A DNA stretch of 40,814 nt from Burkholderiales bacterium (GCA_025350945.1 JANXWW010000374.1:1-40814); one strand, 5' to 3'. Positions 8,347-18,552 are shown, numbered from the stretch's first letter. Translations and numbers: made by a program. Notes: generated by a model not told the origin, from the sequence alone.

Positions 8347-9810
8347 GTGCTAGTGACTGATACCTCAAATTTCATCGCCTGCTTGCAACGCATTCAGCCA
8401 CCGCTCAATATTCTCACCGACGTTGAACGACTCAAACCGTTCGAAACTGATGCCTTCATTTCGCATCGCGCCACGCCACTTTGCGCGGTGTTGCCTGAGA
8501 CAGAATCACAAGTCGCCGAAATCTTGAAATCATGTTCTCGCGAGCGCGTTCCTGTGGTCACCCGCGGCGCGGGTACGGGTATTTCTGGCGGTGCGATTCC
8601 GCACGATGATGGCGTGTTGGTGGTGTTAACTAAACTAAATAAAATTGCGAATGTGGATGCATTGGCGCGCACCGCCACCGTCGGTCCCGGCGTTCGCAAC
8701 CTCGCCGTTTCAGATGCGGCAAAACCGTTCAGATTATTTTATGCGCCCGATCCATCGAGCCAATTGATCTGTTCTATCGGCGGTAATGTCGCGGAAAATT
8801 CGGGCGGGGTGCATTGTTTGAAATACGGCCTCACCACCCACAACGTGATGCGTGCGCGGGTTATCACCAGCGATGGCGACGTAATCGAAATCGGCTCACG
8901 CGCGCTTGATGCCGCAGGCTACGACCTCATGGCGGTGATGACGGGCTCCGAAGGCATGTTGGGTCTCATCACCGAGATCACGGTGAAATTGGTGGCCGAG
9001 CCAGAGCATATTGAAACTATGCTCGCCGCTTTCCCGAGTGTGACCGATGCGGCCAATGCGGTCGGCAAAATTATCGGTGGCGGCGTAATTCCTGCTGCGC
9101 TCGAAATGATGGACAAGATGGTGGTGGAAGCGTGCGAAAAAGTTATGTCTGCCGGATTTCCGCTGGATGCAGAAGCGTTATTGCTGATTGAACTAGACGG
9201 CGTGCGCGAAGAAGTGGCGGAGCAACTGGCACGCGTTGAAACGGTATTGAACGAATGCCATGCGCAGGAAATTCGTGTGGCGGCTAATGCAGCCGAGCGC
9301 GAAAAATTATGGCGCGCACGCAAGGGTGCATTCGCCGCCCTCGCCACGATTCAACCGGATTACTACACCATTGATGGCACCATTCCGCGCCGCTGTTTGC
9401 CGGAGGTGTTGGCGCGTTACGCTGAGCTGGGTCGCGAATATGGCATGACGGTAGCCAATGTTTTTCATGCGGGTGACGGCAATTTGCATCCGTGTATTTT
9501 CTACGATGGCACTGTGCCCGGCGAGATGGAGCGCAGTGAAGAGCTGGGTGGCAAGATGCTGGAAATTTGTGTGGAAGTCGGCGGCACAATTACGGGCGAA
9601 CACGGCGTTGGTATTGAAAAATTAAAACAGATGTGCGTGCAGTTTCGTCCACTGGAATTAAGCGCCTTTCATGAGATCAAAGCGGCGTTTGATCCCAGCG
9701 GAATATTAAATCCTGGCAAAGGCATTCCGAGCTTGAAGCGTTGCAGCGAATGGGGCGGCATGCATGTGCGCGCGGGCGAAATTCCACGCAGCGATATTCC
9801 CCGGTTTTGA
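8347..9810 (+). CDS. Second GlcD-type FAD-linked oxidase (tandem paralog)
   Basis: 487 aa with a GTG start. Colinear with copy 1 over its full length, with roughly half the residues identical by eye. Both end in DIPRF. Confidence 0.8.
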   Translation: MLVTDTSNFIACLQRIQPPLNILTDVERLKPFETDAFISHRATPLCAVLPETESQVAEILKSCSRERVPVVTRGAGTGISGGAIPHDDGVLVVLTKLNKIANVDALARTATVGPGVRNLAVSDAAKPFRLFYAPDPSSQLICSIGGNVAENSGGVHCLKYGLTTHNVMRARVITSDGDVIEIGSRALDAAGYDLMAVMTGSEGMLGLITEITVKLVAEPEHIETMLAAFPSVTDAANAVGKIIGGGVIPAALEMMDKMVVEACEKVMSAGFPLDAEALLLIELDGVREEVAEQLARVETVLNECHAQEIRVAANAAEREKLWRARKGAFAALATIQPDYYTIDGTIPRRCLPEVLARYAELGREYGMTVANVFHAGDGNLHPCIFYDGTVPGEMERSEELGGKMLEICVEVGGTITGEHGVGIEKLKQMCVQFRPLELSAFHEIKAAFDPSGILNPGKGIPSLKRCSEWGGMHVRAGEIPRSDIPRF

Positions 9811-9835
9811 TCTCTCCGTTTAAAAGATTACAAAG

Positions 9836-10921
9836 ATGAATGAACTGATAAAAAATTTATGCGAACGCTTAGCAAGCCATGCCGCTTCAAAAAAGCCGCT
9901 CACGATTCATGGTGGCAATACAAAAGCGTTTTACGGTGGTGCAATTGTCGGTGAGGCGCTCGATATGCGTGCCTACAGTGGCATCATCGAATACGAGCCG
10001 AAGGAGCTGGTGTTGACTGTTCGCGCGGGCACCACGCTGGCCGAAATCGAGCGCGTGATGGACAAAGAAAATCAGATGCTGCCATTCGAGCCGCCGCATT
10101 TTGGCGAGGGTGCCACCGCATTTGCCACCATCGGCGGGACGGTGGCAACCGGACTCTCCGGGCCGCGTCGCCCCTACACCGGTGCGGTGCGCGATTTTGT
10201 GTTGGGCACGCGCATTATTAACGGCCGTGGAGAGGATTTGAATTTCGGTGGCCGCGTGATCAAAAACGTCGCGGGCTATGATGTCTCGCGGCTCATGACC
10301 GGCGCGATGGGCACGTTAGGCGTGCTGCTCGACTGTTCATTTAAAGTGCTGCCTAAGCCTGCGCGTGAAATCACGTTGCGCTACGAGATGGATGAGGCAA
10401 CTGCGATTCAGCGCATGAATGAATGGGCAGGTCGGCCATTGCCGTTATCGGCGACGAGCTGGTGTGATGGCGTATTGATGGTGCGATTATCCGGTGCTGA
10501 ATCAGGCGTGAAAGCGGCGCAAGAAAAATTGGGTGGCGAAAATGTTGCCGATAAAATGGCTCACGATTTTTGGTCAGGCCTGCGCGATCATCGCGCGGGA
10601 TTTTTTTCATCGAGCGAGCCACTGTGGCGTTTGTCAGTGCCATCCACCACACCGGCGCTGCAATTGAATATGCCGCAGTGGATGGAGTGGGGCGGCGCGC
10701 TCCGCTGGGTGCGCGGCATTGCAGGTGTAAACACAGACATAACTACGCTGAGAGTTAAGGTGGACGCGGTGGGCGGGCATGTTACGCTGTTCAGAAATGG
10801 CGATAAATCAACAGGCGTGTTTCATCCGCTGCAACCCGTGCTGGGCAAAATTCATCGCAATTTGAAAACCGCGTTCGATCCAGAGAATATTTTGAATCGT
10901 GGCCGTATGGACAACATTTAA
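9836..10921 (+). CDS. glcE: Glycolate oxidase FAD-binding subunit GlcE
   Basis: 361 aa. Shows GGN.KAFYGG, LSGPRRPY.GAVRDFVLGTRIING, VIKNVAGYD.SRLM and WRLS.PS, matching remembered E. coli GlcE. Confidence 0.85.
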   Translation: MNELIKNLCERLASHAASKKPLTIHGGNTKAFYGGAIVGEALDMRAYSGIIEYEPKELVLTVRAGTTLAEIERVMDKENQMLPFEPPHFGEGATAFATIGGTVATGLSGPRRPYTGAVRDFVLGTRIINGRGEDLNFGGRVIKNVAGYDVSRLMTGAMGTLGVLLDCSFKVLPKPAREITLRYEMDEATAIQRMNEWAGRPLPLSATSWCDGVLMVRLSGAESGVKAAQEKLGGENVADKMAHDFWSGLRDHRAGFFSSSEPLWRLSVPSTTPALQLNMPQWMEWGGALRWVRGIAGVNTDITTLRVKVDAVGGHVTLFRNGDKSTGVFHPLQPVLGKIHRNLKTAFDPENILNRGRMDNI

Positions 10922-10945
10922 TCTCATTCAAATAAAAGTTAAATC

Positions 10946-12187
10946 ATGCAAACCAACCTGGCCGATTTTATTAAAGACACACCTGAAGGCATCGAAGCCG
11001 AAAGCATTTTACGCAAATGTGTACATTGCGGTTTTTGTCTTGCGACTTGTCCGACTTATAACTTGCTTGGCGATGAGCTTGACAGCCCGCGCGGGCGAAT
11101 TTATCTGATGAAGCAAATGCTGGAAGGCGCGCCGGTCACCGAAAAAACGATGTTGCATCTTGATCGTTGTTTGACCTGCCGCGCCTGCGAAACCACGTGT
11201 CCATCGGGTGTGCAATATGGTCGTCTGGTGGATATCGGTCGCGAGATTGTCGAGCAAAAAGTCGAGCGCAGTGCGATTGATAAATTAAAGCGCGCAGTGT
11301 TGAAAAAAGCGCTTCCGCAAACGGGCTTGTTCAAGGTCGGTCTCGCGGTAGGTCGAGCGGTTAAGCCGCTGCTACCCGACGCACTCGGAAAAAAAATCAC
11401 CGCCAAGCGCGATGTGGGCGTGTGGCCCGCGCCGTGTCATGCGCGCCAGATGCTGGTGTTACAAGGCTGCGTGCAGCCAGCCATGGCGCCGAGTATTAAC
11501 GCGGCCACCGCGCGCGTGCTCGACAAGCTCGGCATTTCGCTCATCGTCGCCCCCAGCGCAGGATGTTGCGGCGCGATCCCGCATCATCTAAATGATGTGC
11601 ACGAAGCGCATGTGTTTATCAAACGCAATATCGATGCATGGTGGCCATTCGTTGAGGCGGGTGCGGAAGCGATTGTCGTAACAGCGTCCGGCTGCGGCAC
11701 GACAGTCGCGGAATATGGCTATCTTTTGCGCAATGACGCGCACTACGCCGAAAAAGCAAAACGCATTTCCGCTTTGTACCGCGATGTCAGCGAGATTATT
11801 GCGAAGGAAAAAAATGCGCTGGCAAAATTGCTCGCGGTACAAAATAAATCAAAACAAAAACTTGCCTTTCACTCGCCATGCAGCTTGCAGCACGGGCTGA
11901 AAATCAAAGGTGTGGTTGAGGAAATATTAAGCGCAGCAGGTTATGAATTAACCAACGTGCCCGACGGCCATCTCTGCTGTGGTTCCGCGGGAACGTATTC
12001 ACTTTTGCAAAGTGAGTTGTCCCAACAACTCCTCGCAAACAAAGTAGCTGCCCTCGAATCCGGTGCGCCGCAGATGATCGCGACCGCGAATATCGGCTGT
12101 CTGGCGCATATTGAATCGGGATTAGACGACTCATCGAAGTTGCCGATTCGTCATTGGATTGAGCTAGTGGATGAGCGGTTGACGTGA
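10946..12187 (+). CDS. glcF: Glycolate oxidase iron-sulfur subunit GlcF
   Basis: Two 4Fe-4S motifs (CVHCGFCLATCP, CLTCRACETTCP) plus C-terminal CCG-type cysteine-rich repeats (HSPCSLQHG, CCGSAGTY). Confidence 0.9.
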   Translation: MQTNLADFIKDTPEGIEAESILRKCVHCGFCLATCPTYNLLGDELDSPRGRIYLMKQMLEGAPVTEKTMLHLDRCLTCRACETTCPSGVQYGRLVDIGREIVEQKVERSAIDKLKRAVLKKALPQTGLFKVGLAVGRAVKPLLPDALGKKITAKRDVGVWPAPCHARQMLVLQGCVQPAMAPSINAATARVLDKLGISLIVAPSAGCCGAIPHHLNDVHEAHVFIKRNIDAWWPFVEAGAEAIVVTASGCGTTVAEYGYLLRNDAHYAEKAKRISALYRDVSEIIAKEKNALAKLLAVQNKSKQKLAFHSPCSLQHGLKIKGVVEEILSAAGYELTNVPDGHLCCGSAGTYSLLQSELSQQLLANKVAALESGAPQMIATANIGCLAHIESGLDDSSKLPIRHWIELVDERLT

Positions 12188-12303
12188 TTAGCATTTGAGC
12201 AAACCGCCAGGCTAAAAAGCCGCAAACTCGCAAAAAATTGTCGCGTAAATGCATAATGGGTGCATAGGCAGGAGTTCAACGTTCAACCAATCAACGGGAT
12301 CGC

Positions 12304-13368
12304 ATGGAGCTGACGCTCGAACGAATCGAACAGCGTGTGGGTGCGAATGTTCACCTTTACCCGCTGGATTTGACGCTAATACCGCGCGCCGTGACTGTCC
12401 TGTTGGGCGCCACGCAGGCGGGTAAGACGACACTGATGCGGGTAATGGCGGGGCTAGATAAACCGAGCAAAGGTCGCGTGCTAACGGACGGTGTTGATGT
12501 GACCGGCAAGCCGGTACGTGAGCGCAATGTGGCGATGGTGTATCAGCAGTTCATAAATTATCCGTCGATGACAGTGGCTGACAATATTGCTTCGCCGCTA
12601 AAACTCCGCAAAGAAAAAAATATTGATGCGCGTGTTGCTGAGCTGGCGATCAAGCTGCACATTGATGCTTTTTTAAGACGTTTGCCTGCTGAATTATCCG
12701 GCGGTCAGCAACAACGTGTTGCGCTGGCGCGCGCGCTGGCAAAAAACGCTCCGTTGATGTTGCTGGATGAGCCGCTGGTGAATCTCGACTATAAGTTGCG
12801 CGAAGAATTGCGCGACGAGCTTTCGCAACTATTTGCGATTGGTGAATCAACGGTGGTGTACGCAACCACTGAGCCGACGGAAGCGTTGCTACTCGGTGGC
12901 TACACGGCGGTAATGGATGCCGGTGAATTGCTGCAGTACGGGCCGACGGCTGAGGTGTTTCATCGCCCGAAATCGATCCGCGTAGCGCGCGCATTCAGCG
13001 ATCCGCCGATGAATTTGATAGAAGCCAAGGCAACACAATCGGATGTGATGCTGAATGGTAGCTTGAGTCTTGCGCTGTCGTTGCCAGCTTTGCAGTCGGA
13101 TATGTTGACCGTTGGTGTGCGTGCTGGTGCGTTGCGAGTGGATCGGCGTGAGAATGATTTAGCGCTGGCAGGCAAAGTAGAGCTGGCCGAAATTTCCGGC
13201 TCGGACACTTTCGTGCATGTGCACACACAAGTAGGCGAGCTGGTGGCGCAACTCACGGGTGTGCACGTGTTTTCGCTCGGCGAGGCTATCACCTTGTATT
13301 TAAATCCCGCGCAAGTTTATGTGTTTGGCGCAGACGGTAATTTAGTTGTCGCACCGGAGCGGAAATAA
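12304..13368 (+). CDS. ABC transporter ATP-binding protein (MalK/UgpC-like), subunit 1
   Basis: Walker A GATQAGKTT, signature LSGGQQQR and Walker B LLLDEP, plus a C-terminal regulatory/TOBE-like tail. Confidence 0.9.
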   Translation: MELTLERIEQRVGANVHLYPLDLTLIPRAVTVLLGATQAGKTTLMRVMAGLDKPSKGRVLTDGVDVTGKPVRERNVAMVYQQFINYPSMTVADNIASPLKLRKEKNIDARVAELAIKLHIDAFLRRLPAELSGGQQQRVALARALAKNAPLMLLDEPLVNLDYKLREELRDELSQLFAIGESTVVYATTEPTEALLLGGYTAVMDAGELLQYGPTAEVFHRPKSIRVARAFSDPPMNLIEAKATQSDVMLNGSLSLALSLPALQSDMLTVGVRAGALRVDRRENDLALAGKVELAEISGSDTFVHVHTQVGELVAQLTGVHVFSLGEAITLYLNPAQVYVFGADGNLVVAPERK

Positions 13369-13369
13369 C

Positions 13370-14455
13370 ATGGCGCGCATTGATCTTGAGCTGGCGCATG
13401 CCTACAAACCACATCCGCAACGCGATGAAGATTACGCGTTGCTGCCGCTGAAAATGACCTTCAATGATGGTGGCGCGTATGCTTTGCTTGGCCCATCGGG
13501 CTGTGGCAAAACGACGCTGCTCAATATTGTTTCCGGTCTTGTAAAGCCTTCGCAGGGTGGTGTGAAATTCGATGGTGCTGATGTAACAGGCCGTACACCC
13601 CAACAACGTAATATCGCGCAGGTGTTTCAGTTTCCGGTAATCTACGACACGATGACGGTTGCTGAAAATCTCGCGTTTCCCCTGCGCAATCGCGGTGTGG
13701 CGGCGGATAAAATCAAGCAACGCGTGGGCAAGATCGCCGAGATGCTTGAATTGAATGGCCAACTCAATATGCGCTCAGCAGGGCTTGCGGCGGACGCGAA
13801 GCAAAAGATTTCGTTAGGGCGTGGCTTGGTGCGCGAAGACGTGAGTGCCGTATTGTTTGATGAGCCCCTAACTGTGATTGATCCGCATCTGAAATGGCAA
13901 TTGCGGCGCAAATTAAAACAGATTCATCAGGAGTTGAAGTTAACACTCATTTACGTCACGCACGATCAGGTTGAAGCGCTCACCTTCGCTGAACAAGTGG
14001 TGGTGATGACACGTGGCCGTGCGGTGCAAATCGGCAGCGCATCGGCGCTGTTCGAGAAGCCGCAACACACCTTTGTCGGCCATTTTATTGGCTCACCCGG
14101 CATGAATTTTTTGGCTGCACAAGTGAACGCATCGGGCGTGAGTATTGCCGGAAAGCGAGTGATGGAAGCGAATTTAAAACTGAATGGTGACGATGCCATC
14201 ACGCTCGGCGTGCGGCCTGAATATGTGACGCTTGCCGCGCCGGAAACTTTCGGTGCGCTGCCCGCCACCGTGACGCAGGCGCAAGATATCGGCACCTATT
14301 GGCTCATTACCGCGCACGTTGGCAATGGTGACGGCGCGCTGATTCGCGCGCGCCTCAACCCTGAGCAAAATATTCCCCATGTGGATGAGGTGGTGTGGTT
14401 AAACATCGTTGGTCAGCACACCTGCTTCTATCGCAATGAGGAGTTGATCGCATGA
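13370..14455 (+). CDS. ABC transporter ATP-binding protein, subunit 2
   Basis: Walker A GPSGCGKTT and Walker B VLFDEP. ATG 13370 follows GGAGCGGA and lies 1 nt after the upstream TAA. Confidence 0.9.
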   Translation: MARIDLELAHAYKPHPQRDEDYALLPLKMTFNDGGAYALLGPSGCGKTTLLNIVSGLVKPSQGGVKFDGADVTGRTPQQRNIAQVFQFPVIYDTMTVAENLAFPLRNRGVAADKIKQRVGKIAEMLELNGQLNMRSAGLAADAKQKISLGRGLVREDVSAVLFDEPLTVIDPHLKWQLRRKLKQIHQELKLTLIYVTHDQVEALTFAEQVVVMTRGRAVQIGSASALFEKPQHTFVGHFIGSPGMNFLAAQVNASGVSIAGKRVMEANLKLNGDDAITLGVRPEYVTLAAPETFGALPATVTQAQDIGTYWLITAHVGNGDGALIRARLNPEQNIPHVDEVVWLNIVGQHTCFYRNEELIA

Positions 14456-15336
14456 AGCCGGTAAACCAAAAAGCGTGGCTGTTGATTTTGCCCGTTGTGC
14501 TATGCGTCGCGTTCTCGGCGATTTTGCCGCTGATGACCGTAGTGAATTATTCAGTGCAGGACATCATCTCGCCTGAACGCCGCGTGTTTGTTGGTACGGA
14601 GTGGTTTAAGGCGGTGATGCGTGATGATGATTTGCAGGGTGCGTTATTGCGGCAAATGGGTTTCTCGATTTCTGTTTTGCTGGTGGAAATTCCGCTAGGA
14701 ATTGCGCTCGCGTTGTCGATGCCCGCAAAAGGTTGGAAGTCCTCAGCCGTGCTGGTGTTGGTTGCGATTTCGTTGTTGATTCCGTGGAATGTGGTCGGCA
14801 CCATTTGGCAAATTTATGGCCGCACTGACATCGGTCTACTCGGTGCCACACTCGCCAAACTCGGTTTTGAATATAGCTACACTGGCAACGCGACGCACGC
14901 GTGGTTAACGGTGCTGCTGATGGATGTGTGGCACTGGACACCGCTGGTGGCGCTGCTTTGTTACGCGGGCTTGCGCGCGATTCCTGATGCGTATTATCAG
15001 GCCGCGAGTATTGATGGCGCGAGTAAATTCGCGGTGTTCCGATACATCCAATTGCCGAAGTTGCGCGGTGTGCTGATGATCGCGGTGCTGCTCCGCTTTA
15101 TGGATAGCTTCATGATTTACACCGAGCCGTTTGTGCTTACCGGCGGTGGGCCGGGAAATGCGACAACATTTCTCTCGCAATATTTAACGCAAAAAGCGGT
15201 CGGCCAATTTGATCTTGGGCCTGCGGCTGCGTTCTCGCTCATTTATTTTTTGATTATTCTGTTGCTTTGTTTCATTCTATATAACTGGATGCAGCGCGTG
15301 GGAACACGAGATAATTCTGGAGGCAATCATGGATGA
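14452..15336 (+). CDS. ABC transporter permease (CUT1/MalF-type)
   Basis: Six TM segments and an EAA-like loop (YQAASIDGASKFAVFRYIQLP). ATGA overlap with the upstream ATPase gene. Confidence 0.9.
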   Translation: MKPVNQKAWLLILPVVLCVAFSAILPLMTVVNYSVQDIISPERRVFVGTEWFKAVMRDDDLQGALLRQMGFSISVLLVEIPLGIALALSMPAKGWKSSAVLVLVAISLLIPWNVVGTIWQIYGRTDIGLLGATLAKLGFEYSYTGNATHAWLTVLLMDVWHWTPLVALLCYAGLRAIPDAYYQAASIDGASKFAVFRYIQLPKLRGVLMIAVLLRFMDSFMIYTEPFVLTGGGPGNATTFLSQYLTQKAVGQFDLGPAAAFSLIYFLIILLLCFILYNWMQRVGTRDNSGGNHG

Positions 15337-16141
15337 GCGACGTTTCAAAAAGCGCACTATTTTTCTGATCCTCTATCTGGTGTTCGCAATTTTGCCGGTT
15401 TATTGGATGATCAACATGTCGTTCAAAACCAACGAAGAGATTCTTTCCACCTTCAGTCTTTGGCCGCAGCATTTTACGTGGGCGCATTACAAAACCATTT
15501 TTACCGATGAGAGTTGGTATTCCGGCTATATCAATTCCATGATTTATGTCGCGATCAATACCGTGATTTCACTCGCGGTTGCGCTGCCTGCGGCTTACGC
15601 GTTCTCCCGCTATTCGTTCCTTGGCGACAAACATGTTTTTTTCTGGCTGCTGACAAATCGCATGACACCACCTGCCGTATTTTTGCTGCCGTTTTTTCAG
15701 CTTTACACCACGCTTGGCTTGATGGATACGCACGTCGCGGTGGCGCTCGCGCATCTGCTGTTTAACGTGCCGTTGGCGGTGTGGATTCTGGAAGGTTTTA
15801 TGAGCGGCATTCCACGTGAGATTGATGAGACGGCATACATTGACGGCTATTCGTTTCCACGGTTTTTCTTGACGATTTTCGTGCCGCTTATCAAAGCCGG
15901 TATTGGCGTGGCGGCGTTTTTTTGTTTCATGTTTAGCTGGGTTGAGCTGTTGATGGCGCGCACATTGACGAGTGTGGACGCGAAACCGATTGTGGCGGTG
16001 ATGACACGCACTGTTTCGGCTTCTGGCATGGATTGGGGAGTGCTTGCGGCAGCGGGTGTGTTGACGATTGTGCCAGGTGCCATCGTAATTTGGTTCGTGC
16101 GACATTACATCGCCAAGGGTTTTGCGATGGGGCGAGTGTAG
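15329..16141 (+). CDS. ABC transporter permease (CUT1/MalG-type)
   Basis: Six TM segments and the EAA loop ETAYIDGYSFPRFFLTIFVP. Overlaps the upstream gene by 8 nt. Confidence 0.9.
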   Translation: MDERRFKKRTIFLILYLVFAILPVYWMINMSFKTNEEILSTFSLWPQHFTWAHYKTIFTDESWYSGYINSMIYVAINTVISLAVALPAAYAFSRYSFLGDKHVFFWLLTNRMTPPAVFLLPFFQLYTTLGLMDTHVAVALAHLLFNVPLAVWILEGFMSGIPREIDETAYIDGYSFPRFFLTIFVPLIKAGIGVAAFFCFMFSWVELLMARTLTSVDAKPIVAVMTRTVSASGMDWGVLAAAGVLTIVPGAIVIWFVRHYIAKGFAMGRV

Positions 16142-16173
16142 TCATTTTTCAGAAAGCGACAAGGGGGATTCGA

Positions 16174-16482
16174 ATGTTCGAATGGATGGCCTGGACTACA
16201 CCCGTGGCAATATTTTTTACATGTATCGTACTCATGCTCATCGGCATGACGGTGTGGGAAATCAAGTCGCCTACCGTGCAGCGCAAGGGGTGGCTGCCGA
16301 TAGCGACCACGCGTGGTGATCGGCTGTTTATCGGCTTGGTGAGTGCGGCTTATGTGAATCTCGCGTTTGTCGCGGTGAGTGAAAAAATGATTGTCTGGTT
16401 CGGGCTTGAACAGGAGCCCTCAATCTGGATAAGTTTTGTGCTGTCGATGTTGTTGCTTGGTCTTATTTTACGCAAGGGGTAA
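16174..16482 (+). CDS. Small integral membrane protein, DUF2160-like ABC accessory component
   Basis: 102 aa. AAGGGGGA precedes ATG 16174. Three hydrophobic segments. Its position between the permeases and the binding protein matches the remembered glpSTPQUV-type layout. Confidence 0.65.
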   Translation: MFEWMAWTTPVAIFFTCIVLMLIGMTVWEIKSPTVQRKGWLPIATTRGDRLFIGLVSAAYVNLAFVAVSEKMIVWFGLEQEPSIWISFVLSMLLLGLILRKG

Positions 16483-16563
16483 ACTATTTCTGTACGGGTT
16501 CGGTGACACCTTCCCCACTGAGCCGTTGCCATCCCAACGGGAAGATCTTGAGGAGAAATTATC

Positions 16564-18309
16564 ATGAGATTCCGCTTGAAGACGGCAGCTTGCGCCGTTA
16601 CAACCGCTATCGCTTCACTGGTTGTTTACCAGAATGCATGGGCAGGCGAAGCTGAGGCGAAGAAATGGATCGACAGCGAGTTTCAACCCTCCACCTTGAA
16701 CAAAACCCAGCAGGCTGCAGAGTTGAAGTGGTTTATTGATGCGGCGAAAAAACTGCAGGCTAAAGGTGTGAAAGAAATTTCGGTTGTCTCCGAAACCATC
16801 ACCACGCACGAATACGAGTCCAAGACGCTCACCAAAGCGTTTGAAGAAATCACCGGCATCAAGGTCAAGCACGACATTATTCAGGAAGGTGATGTTGTTG
16901 AAAAATTGCAGACCTCCATGCAATCCGGTAAATCGATTTACGACGGCTGGATTTCGGATTCCGATTTGATCGGCACTCATTATCGCTACGGCAAAATTAT
17001 CGCGCTGTCAGACTACATGACGGGCGCGGGCAAGGACTATACCAATCCCGGTCTTGATTTGAAAGATTTTATCGGCACCAGTTTCACAACCGCACCCGAT
17101 GGAAAACTCTATCAATTGCCCGATCAGCAGTTCGCGAATTTATATTGGTTCCGCGCCGATCTTTTTGCGCGTCAGGATTTGAAAGATAAATTCAAAGCGA
17201 AATATGGTTATGACTTGGGCGTGCCGCTTAACTGGAGCGCGTATGAAGACATCGCGGAATTTTTCACAGTTGATGTGAAAACGATTGACGGCAAACCGAT
17301 TTACGGACACATGGATTACGGCAAGAAAGATCCCTCGCTCGGCTGGCGTTTTACCGACGCATGGCTGTCGATGGCGGGCACAGCCGACATCGGTATTCCA
17401 AATGGCTTGCCGGTGGACGAATGGGGCATTCGCGTCGCGGCGGATAAATGCACACCAGTCGGCGCATCCGTCTCGCGCGGCGGTGCGACCAATTCTCCGG
17501 CGGCTGTTTACGCACTCACCAAGTATGTCGACTGGATGAAAAAATATGCGCCGAAAGAAGCCAGCGGCATGACTTTCGGCGAGGCCGGGCCGGTGCCCGC
17601 GCAAGGCCAAATCGCGCAGCAGATTTTTTGGTACACCGCGTTTACGGCGGACATGATTAAAGCCGGTTTGCCGGTGGTGAACGCCGATGGCACACCGAAG
17701 TGGCGGATGGCTCCTGGCCCTAATGGCCCCTACTGGAAGCAGGGCATGCAAAATGGTTATCAGGACGTTGGCTCGTGGACGTTCTTCAAAAATCATGATG
17801 CCAATAAAACGGCAGCCGCGTGGTTGTACGCACAGTTCATCACTTCTAAAACTGTGTCCGCGAAAAAATCGGTGGTGGGCTTAACGTTTATTCGCGATAG
17901 CGATATTCGCCACGAATACTTCACGCAAAACGCGGCGAAATACGGCGGCCTGATCGAGTTCTATCGCAGCCCTGCGCGCGTGGCATGGACGCCGACGGGC
18001 AATAACGTTCCTGACTATCCAAAGCTCGCACAACTCTGGTGGAAGAACGTCGCTGTCGCTGTAACAGGCGAAAAAACGCCACAAGCGGCGATGGATAATT
18101 TGGCCGAAGAAATGGATCAAGTCATGTCGCGACTTGAACGCGCAGGGATGGCGAACTGTCCACCAAAATTGAATCCTAAAGGCGATCCAAACAAATACCT
18201 GAGCGACAAAGGCGCGCCATGGAAAAAGCTCGCCAATGAAAAACCGAAAGGCGAAACGATTGCGTATGACACGTTGCTGAATGCGTGGAAGGCGGGGAAG
18301 GTTCGCTAA
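16564..18309 (+). CDS. Large (581 aa) periplasmic ABC substrate-binding protein
   Basis: Signal peptide ending AWA. GAGGAG RBS. The size and operon position match the large binding protein of the glycerol-type CUT1 systems. Confidence 0.8.
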   Translation: MRFRLKTAACAVTTAIASLVVYQNAWAGEAEAKKWIDSEFQPSTLNKTQQAAELKWFIDAAKKLQAKGVKEISVVSETITTHEYESKTLTKAFEEITGIKVKHDIIQEGDVVEKLQTSMQSGKSIYDGWISDSDLIGTHYRYGKIIALSDYMTGAGKDYTNPGLDLKDFIGTSFTTAPDGKLYQLPDQQFANLYWFRADLFARQDLKDKFKAKYGYDLGVPLNWSAYEDIAEFFTVDVKTIDGKPIYGHMDYGKKDPSLGWRFTDAWLSMAGTADIGIPNGLPVDEWGIRVAADKCTPVGASVSRGGATNSPAAVYALTKYVDWMKKYAPKEASGMTFGEAGPVPAQGQIAQQIFWYTAFTADMIKAGLPVVNADGTPKWRMAPGPNGPYWKQGMQNGYQDVGSWTFFKNHDANKTAAAWLYAQFITSKTVSAKKSVVGLTFIRDSDIRHEYFTQNAAKYGGLIEFYRSPARVAWTPTGNNVPDYPKLAQLWWKNVAVAVTGEKTPQAAMDNLAEEMDQVMSRLERAGMANCPPKLNPKGDPNKYLSDKGAPWKKLANEKPKGETIAYDTLLNAWKAGKVR

Positions 18310-18499
18310 ATTTGCTGGCACTAAAACTACCCCGTTGGTTTTGGTGACTGGTGAAATATTTTTTTATGTTGGCATTCACACGTTGGCGCGGTCGCTGATA
18401 ATCAGTAGAGAATTTGAGTTGGTTTACGCTAACTACTCTCCCACTTTAAGGCCTACATTCCAATGCGGCGGGGCTCATTGTCTGCAGGAGCCAAAAATT

Positions 18500-18529
18500 T
18501 GCCGTGCACGGCTCTCGCTATGCACGGCA
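18500..18529 (-). terminator. Hairpin downstream of the OmpA-family gene
   Basis: TGCCGTGCA (18500-18508) pairs with TGCACGGCA (18521-18529): a 9-bp stem with a 12-nt loop. On the minus strand it is followed by AAATTTTT. Confidence 0.4.
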
Positions 18530-18552
18530 TCTCTTCTTATTAATTCGCCACT

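Noticed and set aside
15569-16105. A 178-aa ORF antisense to the ABC permease gene. Similar long antisense ORFs lie at 17140-17796, 25963-26568, 28371-28877 and 38881-39327.
   Set aside because: They are Arg/His/Cys-rich with low-complexity composition, typical of shadow ORFs opposite real genes. They have no RBS and are fully embedded in well-supported CDSs.
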